Source of the DNA: Paragordius varius
Taxonomy: Eukaryota > Animalia > Nematomorpha
Assembly (NCBI GenBank): GCA_964247055.1
Contig: OZ176052.1
Span: 7,378,001-7,442,000 of the forward strand
Direction of reading: 5' to 3'
DNA length: 64,000 bases
Translations under genes and position numbers: made by a program
Shown: in pieces, positions 10,612 through 24,949 of the stretch
Position numbering within the stretch: the stretch's first letter is position 1
Layout: each line of letters starts with the position of its first letter
Notes under the pieces: model-generated
Told to the model about the DNA's origin: nothing
What the model saw: only the letters and a program-made list of their open reading frames with translations
Databases searched by the model: none

Positions 10612-13118
10612 TTTTAGTCAAATATCCTTTTTATTAAATATTTTTAAATCAAAAACATTTTTATCAAAAAAATTTTTGTTTAGATAATTTTCCGAGAGTA
10701 TTTTTATCGACAGGCTGTTTTGAAACGTTTCGCAAATATTAATGCGAAACATCAATAAATTAAAAAATATTTTCTTAAAAACGTCTTAAATTCCAAAAAT
10801 ATGACTTTTAAAGAATAAGTCATTAAGTGCACTGGAATATAATTGGAAAAATTGTCATTAAATAATTGTTTTTATAAAAAATAATATCCTTTCGATTGAC
10901 TGGGAAAACGTTTTTTTGACTGGGAAATGGTATATATATATATATATATATATATATTATGTATTTAACTTTGCTGTTTTGGTATAAATGCAGTCGGTAA
11001 TATCTAATTGATTTCAATGGCATAAACGATACTAAAGTGAACGAATAAACACTTAGGTTTTCACTAAGCATCTTATTATAATTGTATCATAAAAATAATA
11101 AGCATTCTTTTTTACATTAAAGATAAATATAATTTGTGATTTGTAATTATATAATAATTTAGGGAATAGTTGTTTTCGTATATAAAAATTAAAAAGAGAA
11201 TTATTATTAGAACATAGAAATAAAAACTGAAAGTGAAAATATGGAGTGATATATGAAAACTCCAGGTCAAATAGTTGTGTCGTACGGCTCGCTAAAAAGT
11301 ATAAATTAATCTGCGATTATTATATTTTCAGATATACACCCGACAAAAATTTTTAGGCAACATTGATCACAGAGAATTTTACATTTATATAAACCATTTC
11401 TTAAATTACTATTAAAAATATTATTCTTAATATTTGTCGGCTGGACTTCAAAATTATTATTCATAAAATTAATTTTTTACACATATAATGACGGTTATGG
11501 GGCTATTAAGATAACGATAACCAAAAAAATAAGTTAAACAATATATATACGCCATTTATGCAAATGATCCGAATGCGAACAGCTGAATATCAATATTATC
11601 TTTGGTTCTGTACTTACGGACATATACAAAATGTTTATTTCGTGGTTAAGTGATATGATGCATCACTATACCATAAATCTGATTTAAAATTATTTATTTA
11701 TATGGGGCACAATACAAATTAAATCACAAAATATCATCTTGTGTGCTCACATAAAAGCTGTTATTAAAAAATTAACCTCTTTACGCTTTCACTGCAAATA
11801 TTCGTAAAACCTCTTACATTATAAATTCAGCTTTGCATTTCCATTCTCTCTTAAAGATTTCGAAAATCCCCCTTAATAATAAATTATGTTTTGGGCCTAA
11901 TCAACTCACAATGTATATTTGTTTCATAGCTATCTTTTTCTTTCTAGACTTTGAATTAATTTTTACTTTGAAATAAATTAAAAGTAATTTTTAATTTTAA
12001 GTGGATATGATGAAAAAAGCATTCGCTTATACCATTTACACTTCAAATTTACGCTTGAACAATTCATCACCCTCGAACAATGTTAGTTGTGTTTTTTAAG
12101 TAAATATTACCTATATTTTTTTTATAATTTTAAAAAAAGAAATTTCGTTTGTAATTGAAATAATACTGAAAAAATAATAACATAAAGATGTATTTTATTT
12201 TAATAATAATCTCGGGAAAAGTATATTAAAACACGGTTCTTTAAAACAAATTTGCAATAATATTTTATATATATACACAAAATGTTAACAAAAATAACAA
12301 ATTTGAGTAATAAAATTGAATATAAACTGTGCATAAAAGAATTATTTAATCTGACGTAAATTTAGGCTAGAAACACAAAAATTATTTTAAGATTGAATTT
12401 TAAATTGAGTAGTAGGTAAAAGTTAAAAAATTACAATTCAAAATGCAAAAAAATTAAGCAGTATAGATATTTTAGTATCCCGCAAATATAAACCATGTCT
12501 GACTGTTGAATAAAAACACTTTTCTTTATAATAATCCGATGCCGCTAAAATATTTTTAACCTTGAAATTTATATATTTAGTTAAAAAATAATTTTAATTT
12601 ATGATTAATGGGAACAGTGTTATATGATTGCTATATCGGCGACATAGACAAATTAGTGTTTTTATGATACCGTGGATATGCAATTTCTTATATGATAAAA
12701 ACTATTATTTTTAAATGTGGAATTTTGATTAATGGTTTATGAAAGTGTAAGAAATTATTTATAAAAAATTAAAGTGTAGAGTCAAATTGGTAAAAAAATT
12801 ATACACTAATCTGTATGACCATAACTTAAGTTATTTCTGGCGCTATATAGCCCGTAATAATAAAGAATGCCCTCTATTCCAAAGCCACACATATTCTCTT
12901 TTGATAAATATTTCAAAGAAAAAATCTTATTCATATTTTCCCAAACCAAATTAATTTCAGTCCATATTAAATTTATTTTGTGAGACAAAAACTATTGCAA
13001 ACAGCATAGTAAAAGACAAAATATGACAATCTGGAAAAAAAGGAATAATAAAATTGAAATATGAAAAAAAAAACAAAAATATATGTGATTGCATCAAGAA
13101 ATATCGCGACAATAATAA

Positions 13119-16100
13119 TTATGAATTCTGCACACGAATCTTTATAAAAGGCTGGATGGATGTAACATCAAGTAACGGGAACAAACTTTCTTTCATTTTC
13201 TCTAAAAACTCATTCATCACGTGGTCTTGAGTCACGCTCACCCCACCATTGTTTTCACTTTCAAAGTTTTTTTCAGATGTGTTATATTGTATTGTTGTTT
13301 TTGCATTATCAGTTTGACTTAAATATAGGGTTAGGAATTGGAGTAGATCCTAAATGATACATTACCCAAAAAATAAATGTAAGGGTAAATTAAAAAACCT
13401 ATGCAATTCGACACATAAAAATAAATAGAAAAAAAATATGCATTTACATTTCTAATCGTGTCATTTCTATAAATATTATTTTAATTAAGTTTAAATTACT
13501 TAACTATCGTTAATATTTATGTATATAATTAACCCTAATTTTGATTCCAAAATGATATTTTAATTGCAAAAAATATTTTAATATTATGATACCTCTCTTA
13601 ATTTATCATAGTTTAGGCTTGAAGCATTTATATAATATTTATTATCATTATTGTTAATATTATTGCATGATTTCAAATCAAAATGAGATGTTTTATTTTC
13701 CCCGCTAAGATTAAATTGCTTGCAATGATTTTTAAAGTTTTCTTTTGAGAATTTTTCTATCCCATTGAGAGTTTTGATGAGTGCACGATAAAAAGTCTCA
13801 TCTGTCATTTCACTGTTAATATTGTCGCTATTGATTTTATTTAGGGTTTTATACAATCCATAACCTAAAATATATATATAACTAAATGTTAATATAAAAA
13901 AATTTTTGGATTTAAAACCTCTTTTATCATAAAAACTATATAAATATATTTGCATTAATTTTTATAATACTGGAAATAAGGTTTAAAATTTAATCTTATT
14001 TAAAAAAGATTACCTAACATTAATTCTTTAAAATAAATCCACAGTTTATAATTATAATTTTAAAACATTATTAAAATAATAAGTATAAAGCAATTATATG
14101 AATATATACCAGCCATAAATCGATAAATTTTCTGCACGAGAGAGCCAAAGTCCTCAGTATTCATATCATTTTCATTTTTGATGGCATTTAGAACAAAAGT
14201 GTGCAATAATTTAACCAAAAAGCGTAAATATGAATGTTTAAATGCGTCAATATTGGTTTTTAAAGTTTCTAAGTGTTCAGCTCCCAAAACATATGTCGAG
14301 GAATCAAAAGAAATGGCAGAAAATGCTCTTTCCAAAATCACATGTAAATCAGTTTGCAGAGGTGTATATATTTGGGATTTTTCAAAGCACATAAGTAGGG
14401 GTAAACATCTGAAAATTGTTTATAATAAATAATGGTTTTAGCAAATAATATATATTAATAAAATACACATGTTCCGAATCTCAAAATAAATGAAAAATTG
14501 GATGATAAATACGGTTGGTTTAAATAGTTATACATGTAGTCATGAATGTACTTAGGACAGTAAAATGATTTTTAATTTATCTTTACCACGTTATACAAAT
14601 CGAATAAAAAATAATCCTTTTAATCTTAAAAATGATTTTTTAAAAAAACATTTTTTGTTTTATTGTTTATATATATACTATTTACGATATGATTGCTTCA
14701 TTTAATTCTAATTAATATCATTACAATAAATATTTATTGAGGTTTTATTTTACCGAATATTACCTAATTTATTAGCGGTCGACCACCAATTGTTATTTTA
14801 CCCTAACAATAACATAAATGTATGATGTTTTATAAATATTATTTTATACAGTATAATGTAAATGGTGAAGAAAAAATAAAAAAATATATAAAAAATTTAT
14901 CACGTTTAACATAGTAACCTACCTTTCAAGTATAAAATCATTGAATTCGCCAATTTCTTTGCGCAAAATAGCATCTGTAATATTTTTTTCAACATTTACG
15001 CTCAAATTATTTTGGCTTTCTACTTTAGAACTTTTATCCACATCCTCTAAATTATGTTTATTTTCAAAGTCTCCAATGTTATCCATTTTTTCAAATAAAA
15101 CAGCTAATGCCTTTTCCCGATTACCATAACTGGCTGCAAAATGGGCCAAAAAAGTGAGCCAACATTCAATTAGTTGGCTTATTTCTAGTAATCCAGTTTG
15201 CCAAAATGTGATTTGATTTAAAAATAACTGCTGTGTTGTATTGCCCGAGGTTTTTCCATCAAGATTTTGGCAAATTTTTGTGCATTCATTTGAATTCAGC
15301 AGATCCATTTGTGAATTTGTTATATCATTTTTGCCCAAGGGAAAGGCTGAATAATAGTTGTGTTCTAAAACCATTTTCATGCACTTCAAAGGACGGACCA
15401 TATGGAAGAGTTTAGGTGTACCTTAAAATGATAAAAATAATAACAAATATATATGGATTTTATATCTATAAACTAAAATAATTCGGATTTAAAAAAGATG
15501 CATAAAAGATAGATATTAAAATAGAAAAATATATATATAAGGAAAACAATCATATTTTGTTTAAAACCTAATAAATAATAACTAAACAAATTATAAATTT
15601 AAAAATAATATTGAAATAAATTTAAAATATTTATATATTATTTTTATATATATTGATTTTTTAGGATCTGTAATAAATAGAAAAAAAACCCTTCCGAATT
15701 TCAACTTGGAAAGCATAATAATGAACGGTAAAATCGTATATATTTTGATTGAAAGTGCAATTAACCAATAATGGTTGAAGGAACCAATTCGCAATCATGA
15801 TCGGTTGACTAGTCTAAAAAAAATATTAATTTATTTCATAAATTATAGTAAAATTTTGGGGGCATTTTAACATTTATTTAATATTATATATGTTCAATTA
15901 TAAATTTCAGATTATATTCAAGATATAATCCAAAAAGTTTAAAATTTCTTTAGATATTAGTTAAATATCTTATTTTTCTAGTTTTTAAATTAGATTTACA
16001 AATACATTTATTAATTGATCAGATTCCACCATTTGACCATTGGCTGTAGGAACTTTTGTGTTATTACTATTTTCGATATTATTAGCCGGTTTACGATTCT

Positions 16101-19100
16101 TCTCTAAATATGAATATGAATAAATCATTCACAGTATGCTTCTTTAATGGTTGCTTATTTCAAAATATAGTTGGGCCATTTGCAACACAGGACTGTATGG
16201 ATAAAGGAAAGAAAATAATTGTTTATTCAACAGTTGATTTTTCCATACACTACTGTGTTACAAATTGCCCTATACTATAGTGTGAAATAAAATAAGCAAC
16301 CATTAAAATGCATACTGTAATATCTCTTACCAAAATTGTGTATATGTAAACGATGTATTTTTATAACTTGTTAATAAATTTAAAATATATATCTACAAAA
16401 TAATATTCAAAAAAACGAATATTAATTATTATTTTAACTACAATAAAAAACAAGTATTTATATATTTTATATCAGAGGTATCCAACACAATTGGCTTTAC
16501 GGGCAGCATTTTCGTTTCGAAAAACCAGCGAGCCGCATTCGAAAAATATATGGACATTCACGAATATTTATTAGACTATAAACATTAGATTGTAAAAACT
16601 ACTATTTATTTTTGCTATGCTAATTTTCATTGCTAAAACTCAGAAAAAATTATCCAGAAAATTTGAAGAAAATTAATATTAATTGGATTTCTTAAAATTT
16701 TGTAATTGAAAAATCTCGCGGGCAGCAGAAATTTTTTGAATGGCCTTATGCGGGCCGAGTGTTGGACACCCATGTTTTAAATGCTCATGAAGTTAATGTA
16801 AGTCAAATTTATATTATTGTCTTGTTACAAAAGCAAATAATTTAATATTCATTAAAATATATAATTAAAATTTAATAATTAATAATTTCACCTTCTTCCG
16901 TATCTTTTTTCTTCTTTGAAGCCTTTGTCACAGATTCCTTACCATTTACTTCGATTTCGGGATTTTTATCATTAGTATTTTTTGTGATAATTATTTTGGA
17001 TATAAAATCAATATTGGCCAAATTTTCGGAGTTTTCAAAATTATCACATTTGGTAGTGTTGTTATTATTATTAATTTTTTCATCCATCAAATGAGTATAC
17101 AAATTAATTTGATCTTTAATTTCATTAGAGTATTTAGTATAATTATCATTTAAAGCTGATGATTTTAAATCATTTTTTTCTGAATTTTGAGATTTTAATA
17201 AATTTACTTTTTCCAATGCATTATCATGTAAAGCAAGATAGGTCTATATTATCAAAAAGATAATAATATATATATATATATATATTTATTTATTTATGGA
17301 TTTACCAATAAATTAGAAATGTATTTTTACCTTTTTAAAAATATAGAGTATCCAACAAGTTATTAACTTACATATAATTAGCTAAATAAAAAGCAATCGC
17401 TTTCGATCAAAAATCGATCATAAACAAATTTAAAATTTCGTTTTAAAAATAAAATACTGTGGAAAAGTTTTAAAAGAATATAAATTTACTTAATAAAATT
17501 TATTTTCAATAGCAAAGAACTAATAAATTAATTATAATAAAAAATTATGAGTGAAGTCATAGAATTAGATTATACCTTAATAGCTATGGTAGACATGGCT
17601 AATAAATATTTTATATTTCGGTGCTGAGTCACTGAACCATACTGAAAGAGTTGATCCAATTTTTGTAAATTTCTATAATAATAATTAAACAATTTAGGTC
17701 AAATATAATTTAGGATCTATTTATGGATAAAAGATTAATATATATTGAAAAGGTATATTCAAAAAATAATTATTATTAAATTTATTTTAAATTTAATAAA
17801 TTTATTTATATAGTTTTTGAAATATGCGCAATAATAATATATTCAATGATTTCGCTTTCTCATTTAAACTATATTTATGGGATGAAATAAAAATATATTT
17901 AATAATCACTTAAATAAGAGATGTATAAATTTTATGTTTAAATCTAAAAACTGAATAATTGATAATGTTTTAAAAAACATAATTATCATTCATCATGTTA
18001 ATTTTTTACAATAATTCATAGAAAACATAAGGTAAAAAAAAGTGATTATATTTGTATAAATTAAAAAAATGGAAACTCAATTTGTTTGCATATTCCTTCA
18101 AATAATCCTTTTCATTTTTAGAAAATTATTTAATCGATAATAATTTTAAAAGGTTTCGACACAAAAGTTATTTACATGTATAAAACCTATTTATATATAT
18201 ATATATATATATATACAAAATTTTATTATAAATAATCCTTTTTTTTCAAGCATCACACATAAATTAAAAACATATTGTAAGAATGATTTTATTAGCAAAC
18301 ATATTTTATTTTGGGCAATAAAACTTAACCTAAAATTTATAATATAGGTATATTTGAAAAAAAATAAAAACAAAATATTTGACGTAAAAACTATTTAACA
18401 AACCTTTTCTTTTCCGTTTGCCCTGAAGGCTCATCAGGTAAATTTCCATTTTCTAATGGTTTGCTTCCATCATTTTCTCCCTTTATATTTTCGTTTTTTA
18501 ATTCCATCACAGTTTTATGAAAACCGCGAAAACCTGAACTAATAGGTAGCAAAATAGTAAGAGGTGATGCTACAGCTGCTTTAGAATTTATTTCTGAATT
18601 TATTGATTCCGTATAGTTGTTTATGGGATTAAACTCCATGTTATCACAATAAACCATGTTAAAACTTGCCAGGATAGTTTTAACATAAGTTATGAGTGTC
18701 ATTTTACGTGGACAATAGGTGTGATAATCAAATTCATCTTCAGACATTTCTTTCAGAATCTAAGATACGCAGTACGGTAAAAAAATAAAATTATATATTA
18801 AAGGTAAAAACTCAAAAAAAATTCCATAAAGACAGCCATACTTGTTAAAAACTTGATTTTTCTAAATATAATTGTGTTATTACAATATGTATTTTAATGG
18901 TTGCTTATTTCACACTATAGTAGGGCAATTCGCAACATAGTAGTATACGAAAAAATATGTAACCATCAAAGCGCATACTGTAATTTACTCCTTATTTATT
19001 GTCCATGCCAAAACGATGAGGTTAAGTTTAAAAATTATGGTTGTCTTTTATAAAAATATTCTTTTTATTATTATTTTCGATTATAGAATAACCAAACAAT

Positions 19101-22100
19101 CTTTAAAAAAATAATCGTTTTATCAAAATTAAAAGGACCAATGAGAAAAGTATATAGAATACAAAATATCTAAAAAACGGAAAAAAATAACTGGTTTTGT
19201 AAAACTTTTTTTAAACAAAAATAAATGGTAAAAAAATTTAAATGTGGTATATTAATTCATTTTTATATAAAAATAATAGTTACCTACATTATTGGCCAAA
19301 TAAATAAACTATTTAATAAACGTATAAACTTATTTAACCATTAAATTATTATTAATTGTACCTCCCTTTCTACAAACCATCAAAAATATCAAATTTTTAA
19401 AATTTAAAACGTAAAAATCACAATAAAAAGTTTTATAAAATTAAAATTATAAAATACAATTGTAATATATTTTAAATTAGAATAACTTTTACCTTGTACA
19501 TTGAGTGACATGTTTTAAGGATATTTTCTACATCTCCCATGCTATAATATGTCTTTAAAAGGCTTAACAAAAACCACAAAGCTTGAAACTCTGTTAAATC
19601 TAAGAACGGGTCTACATTTTCCTATAAAGGCACAAATAAATCAACTTGATCAAATATAATAAAAATTCATATATATAATATGAAGCCCGGCATTAATTTT
19701 AAAATTAAAATATATTTTTTTTCAAAAATGTTTTATATAAAAAAAAATATGCAAAAAATTACAACAAAACTTTATATAAATAAATATATATGTATAGTTT
19801 AACTACTGTAATTAAAATGATTTAAACTATTAAAAATATAATAAAAAAAATAAATCCAAGCAAAACTTTAGTAAATTTGCCCAAAATATTTTTTGCTGTT
19901 TCGGGTAGATAAGCTTTGAGCGCACACTTTCCAGCCAAACAGTTTAAATATCTAATATAAAGAAATGAATTAATTAATCATTATTTAATTATATTTTTAT
20001 ATATTTATTCGGCATTAAGTCCCAAATGTTTAAATGTTACCTATCAATTACATAAATAAAAAATATTTGTAAAATTAGTTTTAAAATTTGTTTTTTCAAT
20101 ATACCGATCTGCTGTGTCAAGAGATTGAGCTTTATTAGCATATACATAGGCTTGAACGTAATTTCCATTTTTCTATTCAAAAAAACCAATAAGCAAAATG
20201 ATTTAAATGTTTAAAAAAATTATAGAATAAACATAATTTAATTTGCTAAGTGTGATTTATGTGTGTTCATAGTTATTAATAGAGATAAAATAAACCACTA
20301 TTAAACGTCTAAATTCTCAACTTTATAATATTAACTTAAAAATAAAAATTATTAAAAACTGAGGAAACTTTTTATAATCCACGTATAATACTTAGGTAAA
20401 AAGCCATAATAATGTTTGAAACCTCGCTATTATCACCTTCAATTTTATCCAAAAATTTGACCAAAGATGTAGTTTAAGTTAACATAAACAAAGCCTTATA
20501 TTTATTACAAAATTCATTAAACGCAATTCATTTTAAAGCTATAACCATTTCTCAAAAAGGAAAAAATTTAAAAATAAATAAATATACTCTATAAATTTTA
20601 GCACGATCCACGTATAAATCTATGAGAGTAGGTGTATGCATAAGAGCTTCTCCATTGTAAAACAGAGCAAGCCGAAATTGCCCCATTTGGGTGTAATGTC
20701 TTGAAAGTAAAATAGTTAACCATAAAGTATAGCTCGGCGAATAGATAGATGAAGTTTTATTTTCAATATCTAATTCCGACATCTTTAATGCTGAGTATAT
20801 AGAATAAATGTTTGATTTTTGGATATAAAACAAGAAAAAAAACATACATATTCAATAGCGCAGTTATGATATTAAGGCAAATAATAAATAAAAACTCTTT
20901 ATTTTTCTTATAGTATAATTATTAATGAAATTCATACTTTCGATATGTTCATCATTATTGTTTTGTTCCGTTTCTTCATTTTCCAATTTTTTCAAATTTT
21001 CTAAATCCTTCTTACTTTCCGTTTCAATATTTTTAATTCCATTTTGTTTTTGATCTTCCAACAATAGCTGATGCAATAAGTGTTCAAAAAACCAAATTTT
21101 ATTATTCCTGACATCATTAATATTTTTATTATCACAATAATCCCCAAAACAGTTATGATAAATAGGTTCTTTCACAAGTTTAAATAAACTGGGTGTTCCC
21201 TTAACCAAATGTTTGTGGAGAAACGTTTTAAACAAAGTTTCAAATTGCATGTGGTGTTGTTTGTCGGAACTTTGTGCGGCTGATTTTATTGGCTCAGATC
21301 TTTGAGAATGATCAGCTGTTTTCGGTTCAGGCTCTGTAGAAAGACTTAAAAAGCATAGCGGTTTAATTTGGGCCATTAGGGCTTTAGGATTCATAGTTAA
21401 TGCTTTAGTGTATATCATTACACGCTCTTTAACGCTCAAATCTTGAAATGAATAAAGAATTAATTTATTTTTGAATTTTTAATTAAATATTAGATAAATT
21501 AAAAATTAGAATATTATATATTTATAAGTGCATAAAAACGGTTATTTAGTTAAAAATCTTGTAATAGTTTGAAAGAATGAAATAATAATATTTGAATATG
21601 GAGAATAAATATATATTTACGAACATAATTCTTTAATCATTTTTTTTCTCGAAAAAATCATAAATATAAATCAAACACTTAGGATATCTCAAAATTTAAA
21701 CAAAAATTGGAAAAAAAAATTCCAAAAATAAATTAAATAAAATATAAAAAAGGCATTTTAATAAGATATAAAAAACTTGTGTTATACCTCGACCAGACAT
21801 GACATTCAAAGTGTATTCCATTAGATTGTAATACAAGGCATTTTCTTGGTTTCGCATCAAAAGATTGGTTAAAGTTTTTAGCGCTTGTGGATATAGATGG
21901 AGTTTTAATTGCAAATATGCTAAATAATAAAAAAATAATTTAAACGGATTCGGAATCATAAAATTCCGTAAAATAATGATATATTATACGAAAATAAAAC
22001 TTAAAATTAAACTAAAAATACAAAGTTATGTGTTAATACATCGTTAATATTTGTAGTTTTTTTAGTTAAGTTTTAGTTTATAATAAACATAATACTCATA

Positions 22101-24692
22101 ATATTAGGTTATGCCATAAAGATATAATATTTTAATGATGAATAATATTGACTCGAAAAAACATAATTTATTTTTATGGTAAATTTAAATTGTTATAGGG
22201 TTAATTTTAATTCAAGGATTTGAATTGTGATAGGGTAAATTAAGATGTAAATGATATAAAACATAATAGGTCCAGGTAGAAATTTCATTTTAAAATTAAA
22301 AATGTTACATATATATAATAATACATTATGAATAATATATATTTGTAGTTTTTCCGTAATCCTTGCCAGATACATATAGAGCAAAGAGCTATATAATTGG
22401 CTTGAGAAAATTTTTTTCGTTTTTTCTTAAACATGGATTTTGCTGTTTATATTATATTATTTGACAATATTAATGAAAAATAACAATGGATAGTTATTCA
22501 CAGTGTATTTATTAAGGCAAATCTCATTAAACATACCTCGACTCTCTTGTACAAATAATTGATCCAACATAAGAGCGTTTGATTGAAACAAAGGGGATGA
22601 TGGTTTTTGATCAGAGCTATTAACCTCTTTCCCATCTAATTCGTTAAGAGCCTCTTGATATTTCCCAGCTAAAATTAGAACCCAAATTTTGAATTGAAGT
22701 AATTCACTCATTTCATAAGCATTAGTTTTGGCTAAATCTGGTATCTGATGTTTTAGATGAAATATATTAAAAAAAAATTAATTTTTATAAAGCATATATT
22801 TGAAAATGATTGTATAAAATTTTGGTAAATTTTTCTTATTTTTTTTATAAAACATTGAAAAAAATAAAGATTTAATATAATATACTCAAACAGTTAAAAG
22901 TGTCTAGCTCCGTTTTTATCATAATTTAAGGAACAAATAAATATAAATAAAACGAAAAACATTTAATACTAATTAAATATATATGAAATTAAAACAACTT
23001 ACATTTTGTGTATTAATAAATTCTGTTATAATGCGTAAGCACATTTCAAGGTTTCCAACAAAATTTTCACTCAACGCTAAATTAATCCACGCGGTTTGCT
23101 GGCCAGGTCTTTGCCGAAATAATGTATATCGAATTTCCTGTGGATAAATTATTTGAAAAACAGATTAAAAAAATTTTAAAAATAAATAGAAACTAAATGT
23201 TTAAGCCTGATAAAAACATCTGATTGGGTGTAATACAAACCCAAAAATATTTTATAATCTTATTGGAAAAAAAATTAATCAAATGTTACATTAAATTTAA
23301 AAATACATTTTATATGAATGCCAATTTTGTATTAAAAAAATTTTAATTTGTTAATATAATAATTATGTGGAATCATGAACAAAATTGCGAAAAAGAGTCA
23401 TTTTATAACTTTAATGGTAAAAATAGTAAAAAATATTTAATGATACAATTTTTAAAAATATATGAAAAATACTTTATAGCTTTCAAGATCCCGTAAATGA
23501 AGTTGAATTTTAGCCAAATCTTTCAAAACTTCAAATTCTTTCTAAAATTATGAGAATTAATTATCAAATATATTTAAATTTAAATATGCCATTCAAATTA
23601 TTAAAATTAAATTTTTGAATTTTTTATTCAAAAAAAAACAAATATAAAATTACAATAAAATTAATTTGCTTTTATTGTTAAACAATAAATATAATATTTA
23701 AAATAGTAGAAAAAATATAATTATATGATTAAATTTGTGTTAGGTGTTGCTATATGATAAGTTAAATCCAAATATTATTAAATAAACTTCATCGAGTTTC
23801 AAAGCTTGCCTATAACATTTTATAGCCTCCTTATATTTCCTTTCATGCAATTGCAAGGTACCATATACGTTCCAGCCTAGAAATCAAAAAAATTAATTAA
23901 ACAAAACAAATTAAAATTCAAAATAAAAATTTAAATAATAAAATAAAAATAACAAATATAAAATAAATAAATAAATAAAATTTCTAAAATCAGAAAAAAG
24001 TTAGAAATAAAAAATATACTAACGATATTTAGGTTATTTATAAAATATCTTAAACGGTATATTAATTTTAACCATCCAACTCTGTTTCTAACGTGTTCGA
24101 TATCAAATTATTTAAAAATACTATTTAATAAAATTTTTTGCCAAATTTGATAATGTTAATAAATTTTATATAAAATATTGGTAAAATTATGAATTAAATT
24201 ATAATTTTAAAATATGTCTTACATAAAAATAATAACAAAAATATTAAAAAAAATTTGCTTACACATTTGACTTTTAACATCCATTTTAAGTCCTTTATGC
24301 ACGCATTCAAGAGCTTCTTCACGTTTTCCCAAACAATTGAGTAACAATCCTTTCATAGCCCAGGTTTCTGAATAGGAAATTAATTTTAACAATTAATAAA
24401 TTTATCAATAAAAATATATAATTAAAATCTGAAATTATTTATATGTTGGATAATTACATATAAAATACCTCCATGATCCACACATTTGGGGTTTGATAAA
24501 ATTTGTTTGACAAATTTAAGACCGTTTTTAAATTGTTTTTGCTCATAACATTTCTATTTTATAAAATAAATTATATTGATTTAATTTATAGCAAATAGGC
24601 ATTTTTGTTGCAATTACCAGCAATCGTTTAAATAAAGTTTGTTCTCTGGAAGGCAAACCATGTCCAGGTTGGTTTTTAGGAATGGTAGACAT
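13119..24692 (-). CDS. NAA15: N-alpha-acetyltransferase 15/16 (NatA auxiliary subunit, TPR), about 22 exons, about 1400 aa by my estimate
   Basis: Spliced frame [25 protein letters not shown]|[28 protein letters not shown]|[19 protein letters not shown]...|WNVYGTLQ...[13 protein letters not shown]|...[17 protein letters not shown]|...AQSLDTADR|YLNC...|...EFQALWF...|[15 protein letters not shown]...|...[11 protein letters not shown], collinear with NAA15. GT-AG junction phases that I checked are consistent; stop TAA at 13119-13121. Confidence 0.93.
16132..16317. mobile_element. Tc1/mariner-like palindromic MITE in NAA15 intron
   Basis: CAGTATGC..TTTAATGGTTGCTTATTT ... AAATAAGCAACCATTAAAATGCATACTG|TA; related shorter copy at 18883-18980. 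Confidence 0.7.
16473..16774. mobile_element. hAT (Buster-like) MITE in NAA15 intron
   Basis: TIRs CAGAGGTATCCAACAC / GTGTTGGACACCCATG; TSD TTTTATAT vs TTTTAAAT (7/8, with the central TA typical of Buster targets). Confidence 0.8.
18883..18980. mobile_element. Tc1/mariner-like MITE, short copy
   Basis: TA|CAATATG..TTTTAATGGTTGCTTATTT...GCATACTG|TA; same family as 16132-16317. Confidence 0.65.
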
Positions 24693-24949
24693 ATGGATAA
24701 AAATGCAAAAGGTGCTCTAGATGTCCTTAACGCTATTTTGAATAAAAAATATGATTCTACTATACACTTTAAAAGGATATGTGTTTTTGATTTCAAAGCT
24801 AGAAAAATTAAACTTTGATTGGCTGATGTCACCATAATTGATTTTAGGTTACTGCTAATTCATAATACTTGAACTATCATTGGTTAAAACATAAAATATA
24901 ATTTAAAACTTATAACCCAGACGGTACTTTTTTTTATACATATTAAAAA

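Larger units (their letters stand above)
9759..10930. mobile_element. TA-flanked foldback/MITE-like element with subterminal tandem array
   Basis: TA|CCATTTCCCAGT...AAAAAAACGTTTTCCCAGTCAATCGAA on the left, mirrored by TTCGATTGACTGGGAAAACGTTTTTTTGACTGGGAAATGG|TA on the right. Confidence 0.75.
9704..11287. mobile_element. Outer element bounded by 25-bp imperfect inverted repeats (unclassified)
   Basis: CCGTATGACACGACTATTTGACCTG (9704-9728) is the near-perfect reverse complement of CAGGTCAAATAGTTGTGTCGTACGG (11263-11287). No clear TSD. Confidence 0.55.

Noticed and set aside
11300-12990. Possible additional minus-strand gene (ORF 12806-12988 and pieces near 12450-12700)
   Set aside because: No recognisable motif and no consistent splice model; NAA15 already terminates at 13119. 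Not excluded, just unsupported.
14178-15415. Plus-strand ORFs 14178-14432, 14941-15129, 15233-15415
   Set aside because: Antisense shadows of NAA15 exons.
24614-24835. 73-aa ORF as the NAA15 first exon
   Set aside because: Wrong frame; the conserved LPxxExxLFKRxL is in another frame starting at ATG 24692.
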